Counted from the first letter of the stretch, positions 15,019 to 29,261 are shown. The stretch is DNA of 64,000 nucleotides from Octopus sinensis (GCF_006345805.1 NC_043003.1:44330001-44394000), one strand, 5' to 3'. Numbers and translations: made by a program. The notes: generated by a model not told the origin, from the sequence alone.

Positions 15019-16209
15019 GTATTGCTGACGTTGAATATTGAATAGAAATAAAATGGAGAGAAACAGACAGAGGCCGAGTGTTAGGTGATATAGTGATTTA
15101 GAAATGGAGATATTGCTAATAAGCATGTGTGCATGTGCGCATGAATATACATGTGCGCATATGAAGTTAAACAGATAGTCACACACACACACACGCACAT
15201 GCACAGGCACTTGCATACTCACACATATATAATCCTGCACATACAAAGATACACATACGCACACATATATGTAAGGCAATATTGAAATATATGATAAAGA
15301 ATAAATCGAAGAGAAAGACAGTTAAGAAATTATAAATCAAATATAATTTCTAAAATTTGCTGAATATTATAGAGAGGGTGATTAAGCATACACGTCTCAA
15401 AAAGAGATAAAAAGTAACTAACTCTTTTGAGTGATATAACATCATAAATCCCAAACATGTGATTTGTCTCGGCACAGATAGGTTAATAGATTTTGTGCAA
15501 CAATTTAATATCATCTACATTTCTTTCGAAGAAAACTCTATGGCGAGTATCATATATATTTACGTTGCTTTTTGTTAATTTTTCGGTAGATTCCAATGGA
15601 AAATACTACGGGGTCAGAAAGAAGTATTTAAAGTGTGAATACATCCAAAGCCATTGCAGTGGATTAAACGCTCTCCGGCAAAGAGAAATCAACACTATCT
15701 AAATATTGTAGTGTTAACTTATATTTCATATTGAAATGAATGACTTTATAAATTTTATATTTACACTAAAATTACCGACAGAATTCAAAAACACTAATTT
15801 TACGAAGAATTTGGGAAGGGATTTGTAATCGTTCATAAAGAAAATGTTGATGAAGTGATAACATCAAAATTCCAGCGTTTTACGAACTCCAGAATTTATC
15901 GTTGCTAGTTAGTTCTGAAAGATCTATCATTATATAACTCACTTAGCAGCAGCTTGGAATCTAATCCTCCTCAGTAGCATACTACGTTATCAAACAAACT
16001 GCAAAATCTACAAGGGGTAGGTGCATGTAGATTCAAAATACTTCAGCATAGTTTATTATCTTCGATTCCTGATGGACCATTGATGCAACTATTTAAAGCC
16101 ATATGCAAATTCCTCGTTCACTAAATGCTCACAGTGCGCGGATACTTTTAGATATAATTTCTCCTACGCCTCCGACCAGAACGGTTAATTTACATGCATA
16201 TATGCATAA

Positions 16210-16299
<90 letters not shown>

Positions 16300-16389
16300 T
16301 AAGAATACACAATTTAATGCTTATTCTCTACAATGTGTGTGTGTGTACAGGTACACGTGTATATATATATATATATATATATACTTATA

Positions 16390-16995
16390 CGCGCATTGAT
16401 CAATAAGTATCCGGATTAATGCCATAGTAACCAAGTTAAAATACACAGAGTAAACCCGCTTGTCACAGATTGACCTTCAACTCTGCTGTGGATGCGCACT
16501 AAGTTTTAACGTTCTAGCCCACTTCCACTATTTAGAGCAGTGTTTGGAATTAACGGGTGTAGAGTGCGTTCATCGCATTGAACATTACAGAGAAAGTTGA
16601 GGAGAAAAGGTGCAACAAAATTTGCTAAATGGTTTGCGAAACCTTCTCAGAGGCCTCCCCAAAGTTTGTCACAACGTTTTCATTGATCTCGACACAGTCA
16701 AAGAGATTTTGTGCAACTGAAATATGAATGTCTTTTTGGCCAGCTGAAAGCAGTCTTGGCGCAAACTCGGCAGACTCAGGTCTCAAACCCAAATGTCCTG
16801 TAATAAGGGGCTGAACTGAGCCGCAACAAAACTGCATCCTCTAATAATTCACGGATGGTGATTCGACGATTTGCCCTCACAGCTGAACGCACATCTGCGA
16901 GGCTTTTCTTAATTCTGCTGGTTGCAGGCTTTCCAGAACGTTCGTCACTGTCGACATCATTTCGGCCATCTTGGCAACGTATGAACCACTCGTAC
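16390..16995 (-). mobile_element. Non-autonomous mariner derivative, minus-strand copy lacking its own 5' terminus
   Basis: TA + TIR-like cgcgcattgatcaataagtatccgg at 16390; minus strand encodes VYEWF..GRNDVDSDERSGKP..NRRITIREL (mariner HTH); same architecture as 54729-55550. Confidence 0.8.
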
Positions 16996-17715
16996 ACTTG
17001 TACGTGTATGCACGGATATGCATGTACACGTGGATGCATATATGTGTTTGGGCATATACATGTGTCTCTGTGTATATATGTGTGAGTACGAATGCATATG
17101 TGTATACGTATATATATACGTGCCTACATGCATATATTTAAATTTTCATAACTTTATTCATAGTTTATAAACGAATATTCCATTCCCATTTATATTTAAC
17201 ACTCCTCCATTTCCTCTATTTAATTTATTCATATATTGTCCTAATTCTATTTATCTACTTTTTTTATCCCTAATCAAGCGGCAAATCCCTCTCCTGAGCA
17301 TATAACAATACCAATCGTAACATTCAGTCTGCTATCAGGAATCTATAAAAACACTTATACACCGTTCAAGGATACATCGCTTTTCTCTGAATAAGCCATA
17401 TAGATATAAATTTGATATTTACATAGTATTAATTAAAACAGCTCTAAGTAAAGATGATTAATTTGTTGTTAATAATAAATGAATATGAACTATGTTTTTA
17501 TAGTTACACCCATTATATTTCTCGCCCCTCCTTATTTCTTCTGTCCCTCTGCCTCCAACACTCTCTCTTCTCTTCTCACGTGACCGGTGTTCGGCCAAGC
17601 CTGACAGTTCGTTTTTCGTTCGGCCGTTGTCCGTGCCACATCTATATTCTTCCCAGTTCTTGTGAAATTTTGTATCCTTGCCGAAAAGGCTTAACTTCCA
17701 CACACGCCAGCTTAA

Positions 17716-18056
17716 TGTAATTCGTCCTTAGTCGAAAGAAACCTCTTGTTATGTCATGTTATTTGCATTTGCGTAACTTTCTCTGTTTCTTCCTTCCCTG
17801 TTTTCGTGAACATTCGCTATTTTCTTCCAGGAAATCTAATGCTCTTAGATTAGTTTTTCCTTGAAGCTGGCCAGATTGGAGCAATCTCGAGTATAACCAG
17901 CTGAAGGTGCAAAAAAAATCTAGACCTCGATTGAGGAAAGAAAACTCCGAACGACTCGAATGACCCGAAAACTCCGAATGAACCTATCTGGTTGATTTGT
18001 TGCCCGTCTCTTGTATCACCTAATGTGTGGATGTTTTACTTTCTTTTCCCATTTTG
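17716..18056 (+). repeat. Dispersed repeat (LTR-like, class unverified), copy 2
   Basis: Starts TGTAAT; similar to 8418-8770; TATA-like gagtataa. Confidence 0.7.
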
Positions 18057-18090
<34 letters not shown>

Positions 18091-18848
18091 GATTATACTG
18101 AGACATGAATGTTAACCTTATTTGTAGAATATTATTATGGAGCTCTATTGTGAATAATGGTATTCCAGTTTTTAAAATCCTCAAAGATTCAACAAGGGCA
18201 ACTAGGTGTACGTGAAATTTCATCAGGAAATGCTGTCCGTAAAAGAGTAAACATGTGAAGAAAGATACATGACTCTCTTATTCTAATTCTAGAAGTTCTT
18301 ATTCTAGTATTATAATTACATATTTTCGCTGTTCTGATTCAATATAAAGAAACTCCTTTAAAAAAGTTGCTCTTTCCCCTTCGTATGATTATTAAAGTTA
18401 AATATAATTTTATATCACAAGAAAATTTTGATCAGGATAAGCAGTTTTGGACTGGAAAAACCAATGCGTATGCAGATAGAGATATTGCCGCATATGTTAC
18501 ATACAAGAATAAATGACACAAACCTAAACTGCCGTGAAAGTGATAATTCTCACTTCAAAATCTTCAGCTATCAATATTATAGTAAATAGCATGATATAAA
18601 TCCGGAGTATTTGAAGTACATTACATAATCTTACCTAGAGGTAGACAATACAGTTTTAACCGAATCATTAAAAGATTAGAAGCATGTCAAAATTTCACCT
18701 CTACATAGTTACCAGGCGATGTGACATGCAAATCATAAAATTTTATGATTTGAAAGCAAGAGGGTTAAAGGAAACTTATTATCGATGTTTATTAAATTTC
18801 CAGGAAATACGTTTGTCTTCTATGTAGATTTCAGTCTTTGTAGAGAAG

Positions 18849-18923
<75 letters not shown>
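18849..18923. repeat. (TAA)n microsatellite
   Basis: Read directly. Confidence 0.97.
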
Positions 18924-18924
<1 letters not shown>

Positions 18925-21039
18925 TTGATGATAATAATGATAACAACAACAATAACAATATTGATGAGAATCACGATGATGAAGAAGACGAGGATGATGA
19001 TTATTATTATGATGGTGAGAAGACAATAACATGAAAACAGAGACAGTAATATTTATATATGTATGAGTGAATATACTGTGTTACACTTGCACAGATGCAT
19101 ATATTTATACGCATTAACGCATATACATACACCTATAGATGCATATAATTTATATATGTGTGTGTATATAACTTACAAAAGCGGATACAAATTGAGGAAG
19201 AGCTATATCTGAACACATATGTGGCATGGAAGAAACATCATTTCATTTTTTCCAAATAAAAGACGAATTTTACGATATTATTTTATTTGGCATTATAGTT
19301 TTGTGTTTTTCGTTATATATATAATTTTAATTTCGTGTATTCAGATTTTATTCTATAATACAGGACATTCTCACAGGAAGACATGTGCTGTCCTGTTCTA
19401 CAATATATTCCATTATTCATTCATTCGCTTCTAGTAACATCTATGAACCACTTTGAACGAATAGAGATAAAACCGTTAAATTAGTAACAAAAAAAAAAGA
19501 AAAATTACAAAAGTATCTCAAGAACAACAATGGCACCAACAATCATAAAAAAATATTTAAGAAAATATAACGAAAGGAAAAAAAATTATTCGATTCTTTA
19601 GCGAAATAACGTTTAAAGCTAACTAGAAACATATAACTATATAAATTTGTATAAAATGGTAAAGAAATTATACAAAAGAGTGAAATCCTTGAAATACAAG
19701 AATGCCTATAGCGACATGATAATAAAGACTGGAATACGGAGATCTGAATTACGACTGAGATTTTAGGAAAAAAGGTAGACAATGTAAATCCAGTACTAAT
19801 TTCTACCAGTATTGGTCAAAAACTAAGTATTATATAACTGTTCACCAACTATTAAAAAGAATAAAACAAAATTATTCATCGCACTTTTGTATAGCAATAA
19901 TATTTTCCGACAATACTTGAAAGCCAGAAATTCTGGAAGTAGTTTGTGAATTACATCTAGCCCACTGCTTGATTGGTACATCATTTTCTCGTCGTCAGAT
20001 GCATGAAAGGCAGGGATGAACTAGAAAATTAAAGGTTCCCAGCTAAATTAGACAATGCAATTTGTGCAATTGTCAAAAGAGTGGGCCACTCCACATTCTT
20101 CGGCATTGAGCCATCTTTCATAATCATAAATAACCCATTTTATATGAAAATTAAGAACGATTACATTCAAAATATAAGATGCTATTTTCTCTTTACAAAT
20201 AATTTCAAATAGGATTTCTTATGAGTGAACCATGTTAGACACTTTAAGAAAAAGAAATAAGATTTTGATCATGACTAAATTGCTTCCTAAAACATATGCT
20301 GGGACAACGCACCTGGCTCATGTTAGCTTTTGCTTGCAAAATATGCCTTTATATGACTTATATGAGGGGGTACAATATGCACCTTGCTACCGGTGGAAAT
20401 TCTGCCTAGCGTTTTAACATAGACTGAAGACTTAACATAGAAAGACGAGGATTGGTAAAAGCGTGTGAGTCCGGATATAAAAACTATAATGACAGAATGC
20501 TGTGATGTGATGTAGTTTCGCCCAATAGCTATTCCTCCTTCCTACTCAGCTGTATATAACAATGTATTTTAACATTATGGTTATCTAACGCTTTAAATCA
20601 TAACTATACGGCATAAACGAAGGAAAAAATGGTTTAACACAATCTTAAAATTAAGTGACAAAAAAGCAACATAAAGATACAAGTAACTGATGTTTAACAA
20701 AATCAAAAACCAAGGATTCGGAATATGTCGTATATAATAATTTTGAAGAAAATTAATATTTACAATGATGACGAATGTTTAAACAATTAAACAAGTGTAA
20801 ATTAGTAAGGTTACTGAACACTGTGGCAGATGAGAAACAACACGGAAACACCCGAACTCGAACCTGCAAGCATTGGGAAAATTTATTAAAGTTTGTAGCG
20901 TGCGTTATTTCTACATCTGTTTAATTATTGTAAAATATCTCGCCCTGTTTTAAAATGTTAGTGTTGTTCTGAAAGTGAATTCAGCGTTTGACACGGTAAA
21001 CTATCCTTCACATTTGACATCAAATCCCAGTAACACATC

Positions 21040-22280
21040 AACGTGTGTGCTTCATAGGATAAGATTAATCTTCAGCTCTATCTATGATCTCCGGCCTCCG
21101 AACAAGAACCTAGTGAAATGTGGCAAATCAGATAATACTGATTACCCAATCTACCGACGTACGCCGTCAATGGAACACGTTCTGGGTTTTTGCAATGTAA
21201 CACTAGCACAAAGTAGATCCATGTTCAGGTGCAATCAAGTGCTCAAAGAGATCGTACATGTGATAAGTATGGGAAGAGTAAAATCAATAATACGATAATC
21301 TGCAGCAATATTTTACACAGGAAGAGGTAGCAAATCATGGCCAGGAATAGCCATACGGAGCACGTGAAGCGAGTTTTAGAGAGCGCAATTGGTGTTAGGG
21401 CATTCCAAGATCGTTCCGATTTCTCTATGTATGTAGCTTCACACTAATTTATTGCGATTGGATAAAATATCCACCACATGACTATTGATCCAGCTGTTGA
21501 GCCCTGTGATGCGCGGGAATTAGACTGAAAATCGAATCATGTTTCGCGTAATATATTTAACCAACAATTTCTGCATGTGTTTTGGAGCTCGTCTTATTTC
21601 CATAAATTGGTCGAACAAAACATTTCACAGGTATGGAGGTGAGAGTTGTCATTGAGGCGAGTTTTAGGAACCACGTCCTGAAAAGTATCGACACACAACG
21701 TAGTCATATAACCAATGGTGAGCTAAACTTAATTATCAGGATGATGGCGAAACAACAACCCTATAACACTTGTTAATATTTCCATCGTGTCTGAACTGTT
21801 GCGCAAATTTTACGAAAGAATAAATCTCAATGTTTTCTATTTAAGATTGTCGTTCTTATTCATTCACACTTATTCATTTCCCTTCGTACAAACTGGTGGT
21901 CACAGGCCTGTAAAACAGTCTTCTTGACGGTGAAGGTGACTAGGAGTGCTTCGTAGACCTTCCGGAATCAGCGAGAGGACAAGAAATCATAAGAAAGAGT
22001 GGTTTGATAATGGATGTCATTCTCAATTCCAGTTATTTGAAGCAACTGGTTTTGACTGAACTCACCGTGTCGTTTGAATCGAAGCAACATATGCCCACAA
22101 GATTGGAACAAAAGTCACTCGGGCCAGTCCCTGGGAACAGAGTAAGGAAGGCCAACTGCCAGGTCAAGATTCTTGCCATAGAGCTTGGGGCCTACATACA
22201 GTCTCTAGGAAGAACGGGGCTAACTCTCTAAATCCCAAAGCAGTGACAGTAAAGATATGTTCCTTCTAAATCTGGTCGAG
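21040..22280 (+). mobile_element. HERO/R2-group (RLE) non-LTR retrotransposon C-terminal relic, interrupted
   Basis: IFSSIYDLRPPNKNL..SMEHVLGFC..QSRSMFRCNQVL (CCHC knuckle / RHNQVL-like), then VDL..MDVIL..KQLVLTELTVSFE (RLE PD..ELTVPWE-like). Confidence 0.65.
21330..21700 (-). mobile_element. Decayed mariner transposase fragment nested in the HERO relic
   Basis: Faint correspondence to the WVPHEL / LLSRH..LDQIVTGDEKW / KPSLH regions on the minus strand. Confidence 0.35.
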
Positions 22281-23119
22281 GCGGAAGAAATGCGATCTCC
22301 ATACCTTTTGAAGGCAATATTTTTCTATTTTAACCACGAGTTAGTCATTGGGGTAGTTTTGACGTTTCATCGCTATCATGATGATCAATATTAATTTTTA
22401 TCTATATATAAGTTGATATCTGAGAAGACGTAGGGGTGTTGGAACCTAATGAAAATTCAAAGCAGTTTAAATGTGCATGTCTCCGATACCCAAGTGACGA
22501 AAATGTGTCTGCAGAAGGGATGGTTGCCTTAGAGTGTAATAAGTCAGGGGCCGAAATACATGCCTCAGGAGTGTGTTTTCTCTGAAGACCTGATTTTCAT
22601 TTGACAACAGACTTTCATACTACTGCAGTCTGCCGAGTCATTGTATAAAACTGTTTTACGAGACTCGACTCTTCTCATTATGGATCGTAATCTACTGCCA
22701 AAGTTATGAACAGTATGCCATTATAACAGATAATAGGCTGTGGTATTCAAACCGAAAGAGATTCGAATAAGAAGGGCTTAACGTATATAGGTACTATTGC
22801 GCCAATATTAAGATATACGACGAATATGGGAATTGATGAAACTCAAGTCTGGTTGTGCCTTTAATACATTTTAAATGCAAAGCTATCTTTTGTTTAGATA
22901 CACAAGGACTGCCATACACATTTTGGCAACAATAAACAATGATAATGGAACTGATACCTACAAGCACTTACGGATTTAAGAGTCATTTGATATTAAGGTT
23001 TAAATTTATATTACACAAAAGGAAGATGGGATCAATATTGGGAGTAATATGATAGTGAATTACTAAAAGGTAATCGCTGCAGTTTCCAATGTTAATACCT
23101 AACCAAGTATTTATACATG

Positions 23120-23950
23120 TTATATATGCATACGTCTTTATGTGGGTATTCAAGTGACTAAGTATCCATTTCCTGAGAGATGTATATGAATGAAGCTCAT
23201 GGAGAGGTAGAAAAGGAAAGGTTGTGTACTTGGAAAGCGATTTCAGATAAATGGTTAGGGTGTTAAATGTGTTTCCCAACAAACTGAAGGCAGAGAAAAT
23301 TGAACGCGGTCAGACTGAATATGACAAAAATATCTGTGTAAATTTCAAGACGAAACCGGCGGTTCTAGTGGTTTGATGGAATAATCATTTCTTAAAATGC
23401 AAAACTGTGTTGCTCTGTAAATTGCTACCAAGAACTGTGTTGCAGCTGATTCTATATTACGTAGCAATTACAAGGTTAGAGAAGAAACAAATGTTTTTTT
23501 TTACTTCTGACTAGTGGTGCAAAGCTATGCCTCAAATTAATACTCGACTTTATTATAGGGCAGAAGAAGCACAGGTAATGCCGTTACACATGCAGATCAT
23601 GAGGTTCTGAATATAGCAGATACTTGCAGAAATTGCGGCCTACGATGCCAGTGTTCCGAAATTTAGGGAAGGGTAGGGAAGATGATTTTTTTAAAACAGG
23701 TCTGTATGCATGGGCAAATTGTGAGAAAGTAGTATAATTGTAAGGCTGGACGTGAATAGAGACTTGTGTGTGAAGCATTTGTGAATCATTAGAATATGGT
23801 CCTTTTTGGGCAGTGATGAGCTTGGAAAGCGGTGGAGTGGAAATATTGTGTAGGGCTTTACATCGTAATCCTGGGCAGGCAGACAAATGTGTACTGACCG
23901 AAGTACCTTTGAAACCTGATATTTTAATAACGATTTCCGTTAAAGGCAAT
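23120..23950 (-). mobile_element. Possible very old PLE C-terminal (linker/GIY-YIG) relic
   Basis: Weak motif echoes: AYR, KFRN, GNTFN (A.HFN-like), RKWILSHLNT (RE..WI..L.T-like). Confidence 0.25.
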
Positions 23951-26379
23951 GAAGAATTACATTAGTTTATTTTTACTGGTCAAACAAATGCAGTGAGATA
24001 ATGAATATAAATGTAATTGTTATGAGTCTTCTCTACGAGCTTCATTATTACAATACACTCTTCTAGAAATGGTCATGAATAATTCTGAAAGTCATGAACG
24101 CAGTTCTGTTTCCAATAACTTATAGTACACGACCATTATCAAAATGCGAACAAACAACCAACCGATATGGTAAAAATATTTGATACATTTTACAACATAG
24201 CATATTACTGTCAACGAAAAGAGAATGACAAGCCCAACAAAACAGTCATCGATTCGATAGCTTTGAAATCGAGATGGTTTTTTTTTTTAATATTTGAAAT
24301 CCTTTCATTACAGATAAGCTCAATTTGGACTGACCTTGGATTCAACAACATATTTTAAAATAAAATAGAAAGAATTGCATATTACATTGCCAGCTATGAT
24401 GTGAACTGATTCAGAACAGGTTTCCAATAATTTAATCACAGCGCAATAAACTGTTTTATTATTCTCATCGATTACAAAATGGCGAGCATATTTCATATTT
24501 GTTCAACTAATAATCTTTCAAGAAAAAAAAATCTGAATGACTCTGGATTCTGTCATCAAATAGTTTTAGTGTGTATGAGTGTGTTATTAATAAATTTTAA
24601 GGGAAAAATATTGAATTACCCGTTGAAAATGTCATTGTTGCTGCACTCGCCAATGTAACTAGCTATAGCTATCTCTGTTATGTTTACTGTTGTTAAATGT
24701 AATGATGATGATGTGATGATGATGATGATGTGTGTGTGTGTGTGTTATTAATAAACTTTAAGGGAGAAAAATTACCAGTTTAGAGTGTTACCGCTGCTGT
24801 TTTCGTCACTGCAACCAGTTATCACTGTTATGGTTACGCTGCTGTTAATCGCAATGACGATGATGATGATGATGAGGTTAGTTGGGGGTGGTTATTATTA
24901 TTATTATTATTATTATGGAGGCGATGGTGGTGAGCTGACGTTGGTGGTGGCGGTGCAGCTGGCGGCGGTCTAAGCGATGTGCGAAGATGCTTAACCGATA
25001 AAAACATGTCCTCCATATTCAAAGCTCATTCTTGAATTCAAATATCATTTAATAGTTATTAGATCCACATATTATGACCAAATTATTGATATATTGACAG
25101 AAACTGTTACTGATAGCCGTTATATATAATAAAAATTCTGATGTTCTGCATATACAACTTTGGAGTTTCTAAATATACTTAGTTTGAGTTCTACGCATTT
25201 AATTTATTGCTTGCGTTGTAGCCGTAACTATTTTTGTGGTTTGCTGTCGTCATAAATCAAGTCGTTTTAGTTTTTTACTTTAAAAAAAAATACTGCTAGG
25301 ATAAATATAAAACCTTTAATGGTATTATCATAAAAAACACAAAAAACTTGTGTTTATCGGACAATTAAGTAAATAAACAATAAATCAATTTCAACGTCTA
25401 AGCTTATTTAAATTATGATACTCATTACCAGCCATTTTATTACTTTTATTAGCTATCTGTTAATATTTCAACCTTGTGTAGCCCGTTACCGGACATGGCG
25501 TAATAAGTGACATCGCAAATAACAAACCAGCTTCTATAGTCCTTTGAAATGCTGAAATTTACAATCCCATCCCGCTATGATTTTCATCTAGAGAAAAAAA
25601 AACGATACTATCGATTTTTCTTTAAAACGATTTTGTTTTCACTATCAGTTAATATTTTTGGAAAGTAACGAGCGTTGTAGCTCAAATATATTTTTACGTA
25701 AAGTCTGAATGCTTCGTCTATATCTGAGATAAATTATTTCTTCATCACTGGTTGCTGGTTGTTCAGACATCAAAATTAAGGTAAAAATTTAAACAAAAGA
25801 GTAACTTACGTAGGTGACAAATTTCTTAAGGCCTCGTAAAAATAAAACCCATTTCACACAAATTTAGAGATATTGGTTTAAATATTTAGCATAATACATT
25901 TGTAATAGATGAAAATTTCCTCATATTTATTACGTTTATATATTTGTTTTGCAAGATCCTTAATGTGAGATCGTGTGTTGAAAAAGATGTTGTTGTATTT
26001 AGGAATGGACATTTTGCCAGTTCAGCTAACAAAAACACACGCACTATATATTTGGTGTTACTTTCTTTCAGCTTTATTTATTTTTTACGTTAATCTTAAT
26101 CTTATTTCGGCCAGAGTTCTTTCGTCACACTTGTATGACCTCATCAGTAGTCCATTGCTTTCTTCTTTCTTTTTTGTGTGTCTCTCCTTACTAACGGTCA
26201 GCCATTTTGTATTTTGTATTCGTATTGTATGTGCCTTTATTTGCGCATGCATATACCTCTATGTGTGTCTATGTTTAGTTAGTGTGTGGTGAGATTGACT
26301 GTAATATTTGTATCTCCTGTTTATACACGTTCGTGTAATTTGTTTTGTTTATTTTGTTCATGTTTTTACACCTACTAAT

Positions 26380-27060
26380 TATTATTAATTTTTTTTGTAT
26401 ACTCTGATCATTTCTTTATGGCTGTAACCTCAGAACTGCATGCAGTGAACGAAATGTTGTATGTGTCTCTTTAACTCTGTAGGCTCGCACATGCGGGACA
26501 TATTTTGCATTATTCTGATGAGGTCTGCCGTCAAAATATTGAATTTGGCATTGTCCGCGATAGCTGAGCTCCGGTGAATCAAGTGTTTCGAGGCCATAGG
26601 TTTGGCATAGTATGAATGAAAGATTCGGGTTTTGTTATTCTCAGTTTCCAGCCAGATTTCGGTGTCTAGTACTGGTAGTTTATGGTTCGGGTGTTTAGTA
26701 GGGTAGTCTATCGTGACCTTAATACTCTGGTGGATGGAGTTAGCTATTTGCTGGATGCCCTCCATTGTATTAGTTTCTATTTCTATTTCAAGAGTACTCT
26801 CTTATGGGGGTGCCTTTACCATTACGTTGATATCATCAACATAGCGAGAGTACATGTTCACGAGTATGGAGTTCTGCGTCAGGCGTTCATTATGCCTTCT
26901 CTCCCACCATACCATGAAAAGGTTGGTGACATCACCGGTGATACTAACGCTGATGGCTGCCCCCTCGTCTTGGGCATATATTTTGTTGTTAAACTTAAAC
27001 GTGTGGCCTTTTAGGGTAACTCTTATATTAGCTCCTAGTGTATATGCGATCATTGTCTTT
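26380..27060 (-). mobile_element. PLE RT fragment, Naiad-like
   Basis: GAAISVSITGDVTNLFMVWWE, YSRYVDDINV (YxDD), KLPVLDTEIW, YYAKPMAS, ILTADLIR, MQF*GYS. Confidence 0.75.
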
Positions 27061-27405
27061 ACCTCATGTCACAGCTTTGCGATTTTCGCCTACCCTTATT
27101 GTGAGGGGGCTGCATGTTTCGTCTTTGTATAACCTACCACAGCTGCATGGGATGGAGTACACGCAGTTCTTAGTCATATTCACTTCTATTGGTGGTTTTA
27201 CTTGGAGATATTTGCGAAGTAATGTATTACTTTTGAATAATATCCTGATGTCATATGGGACGCATATCTTTTGTATCTTTTCCGGAGGCCTTTCAAATAT
27301 CGTACACAGACTGTGGACAGTTTATCGGTTCATGCTCTCATTTCTCCATAATTGGAGTGGAGAGTATACCTTTGGGGTAGTTGTTATTTAATAGATTGTT
27401 ACAGA
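27061..27405 (-). mobile_element. Canonical Penelope/Poseidon-type linker + GIY-YIG endonuclease fragment
   Basis: NNYPKG..KIQKICVPYDIRILFKSNTLLRKYLQVKPPIEVNMTKNCVYSIPCSCGRLYKDETCSPLTIRVGENRKAV (frameshifted near the start). Confidence 0.8.
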
Positions 27406-27580
27406 GCTTGATCATTTATTTGTGGTTGTTATCATGATAGCTACTTATATTCATTGCTCGACGTTTTAGGCACAGAGCAACACCTCTCTTTACACCATCA
27501 GTCAAGTACTTGAGTGAATAGAGATGACTGCACCCTTCCTCTAACACTACAGGTTTTGTGCCAAAATTGGAATCAGCAAA

Positions 27581-27603
27581 TACTACTACTACTACTACTA
27601 TTT

Positions 27604-27643
<40 letters not shown>

Positions 27644-27710
27644 GACTATTACGACTACGACTACTACTACTACTACTATTGTTATTATTACTATTATCAT
27701 CATTATTATT
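27581..27710. repeat. (CTA)n/(TTA)n microsatellite
   Basis: Read directly. Confidence 0.95.
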
Positions 27711-27723
27711 TCGGTATCTGTAG

Positions 27724-27870
27724 GGCGGCGAGCTGGGTGAATCGTTAGCTCGCCGGGCAAAATGCTTAGCGTCATTTCGACTGTCTTTATGTTCTGAGTT
27801 CAAATTCCGCCAAGATCGATTTTGACTTTCCTCCTTCAAAATATGATAAAAATGTAGTAGTTGAATTCTA
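27724..27870 (+). mobile_element. SINE family A, 5' part
   Basis: ggcggcgagctgg..gttagctcgccgggcaaaatgcttagc..ctgagttcaaattccgcc. Confidence 0.85.
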
Positions 27871-28229
27871 AGATCACTGTAATCAACTGTTTTCATCACC
27901 GGAAATTGCTTCCCTTCTTCCAAATTTGAAACCAGTGTTATTTTAGTCAAATACTGGAATTTATGTACTGGTCTAGCCCCTTTCCACGCGAAATTTTGAC
28001 TTTGTGCCAATAGTACAATTAATTATTATTTCGTCGTCGATCTCGCAAAATCGTTATCGAACAGACCCAAATGTTTAGCAGCATTTCGTCCGACTTAACC
28101 ATCTGATTTCAAATTCCGTCGATAAAATAATTTGCAGTGAAATATGAACTTGATGTAAATGACTCGCCTCCACCCCAAAATTTGAGACCTAGTGCCTATA
28201 GCAAAAATGAATTATTAGTTCAGTTTATA

Positions 28230-28295
<66 letters not shown>

Positions 28296-29225
28296 ATCGA
28301 TTCGGCGTGTATCCCTGGATCAATAAAATATCATCAGCTAAGTATTAAAGATCGATACCATCGATAGTCATCTGCGTGGAAATGTGGAGCAGCGTGTCAA
28401 TACAGGAAATGTCAAAATCTCAATTATCATTATCAGTGTAGTTGTTGTTGACGATGATGGTTTTGTTGTATTGTTGTTGACTTTGCCTTTTTCTTGTATG
28501 TTTGCTCTGTCTCTTTCCTCATCTCATGCCTTGATTGCAGGATAAGAAGAATCGCTAGTGATCCCAAAAAATATCTTGAACTGCTTAAATGCTCTTTACA
28601 TTCGAAATTCAAATCTCATCTGTGCTACCATTGCCTTTCTTTTCTTTCAGGTTCCATAAGATATATAGTAATGAAAATCTTAGGACGATATAATGGTGTG
28701 CTATATGGATCAAAAGCTTACCAAAAAAAATGTTTAGAATTTATATATATATACATATGTATTTTTCAGAACCGTATAAAATTAAGGCATTGCGCACCAA
28801 ATGGCTTTTCTCATATACAAGCGGGATTAAAGAAACGCTTAGAAGAGTGAAGGGAATAGCTGACGTCATTTATTTATTACTGCTTTGTGTCTACTTGCAT
28901 AAAGAAGTAACTGGTACCATTGCAGCATATATCTTTTCGCTCGTTGAAGCATTGACACAGCCACCTGTTAAAATGTCAATCTGCTGCAAACGCCATCAAA
29001 ATCAGTATTGCTTTCAGAATGTTATGTTTGATTAAGAATAACTGACAGGAGCTATTTTCTCGATATTTTTATAACAAAGAATGTGCTAGGCAGTGAGGAA
29101 ATATGTAGACACATGTAGCCTCGGACTCATTGCACGGTCTACATTTGATTTCAATTATTTTCTTTAATACGTATTTCTTTTATTTTTGAATTCCTGAAAC
29201 TCGACATTGTGCAAATATAAATCTG

Positions 29226-29261
<36 letters not shown>

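Noticed and set aside
20280-20400. WDNAPG resembling the pogo/Tigger DNAPGH motif
   Set aside because: Single short motif with no convincing flanking similarity
26430-27070. In-frame TGA codons in the Naiad-like RT and adjacent EN as possible selenocysteines (some Naiads encode selenoproteins)
   Set aside because: They fall at expected Ser (SGY) and Arg (RG) positions, not Cys, in a frameshifted relic; simple point mutations suffice and I saw no SECIS
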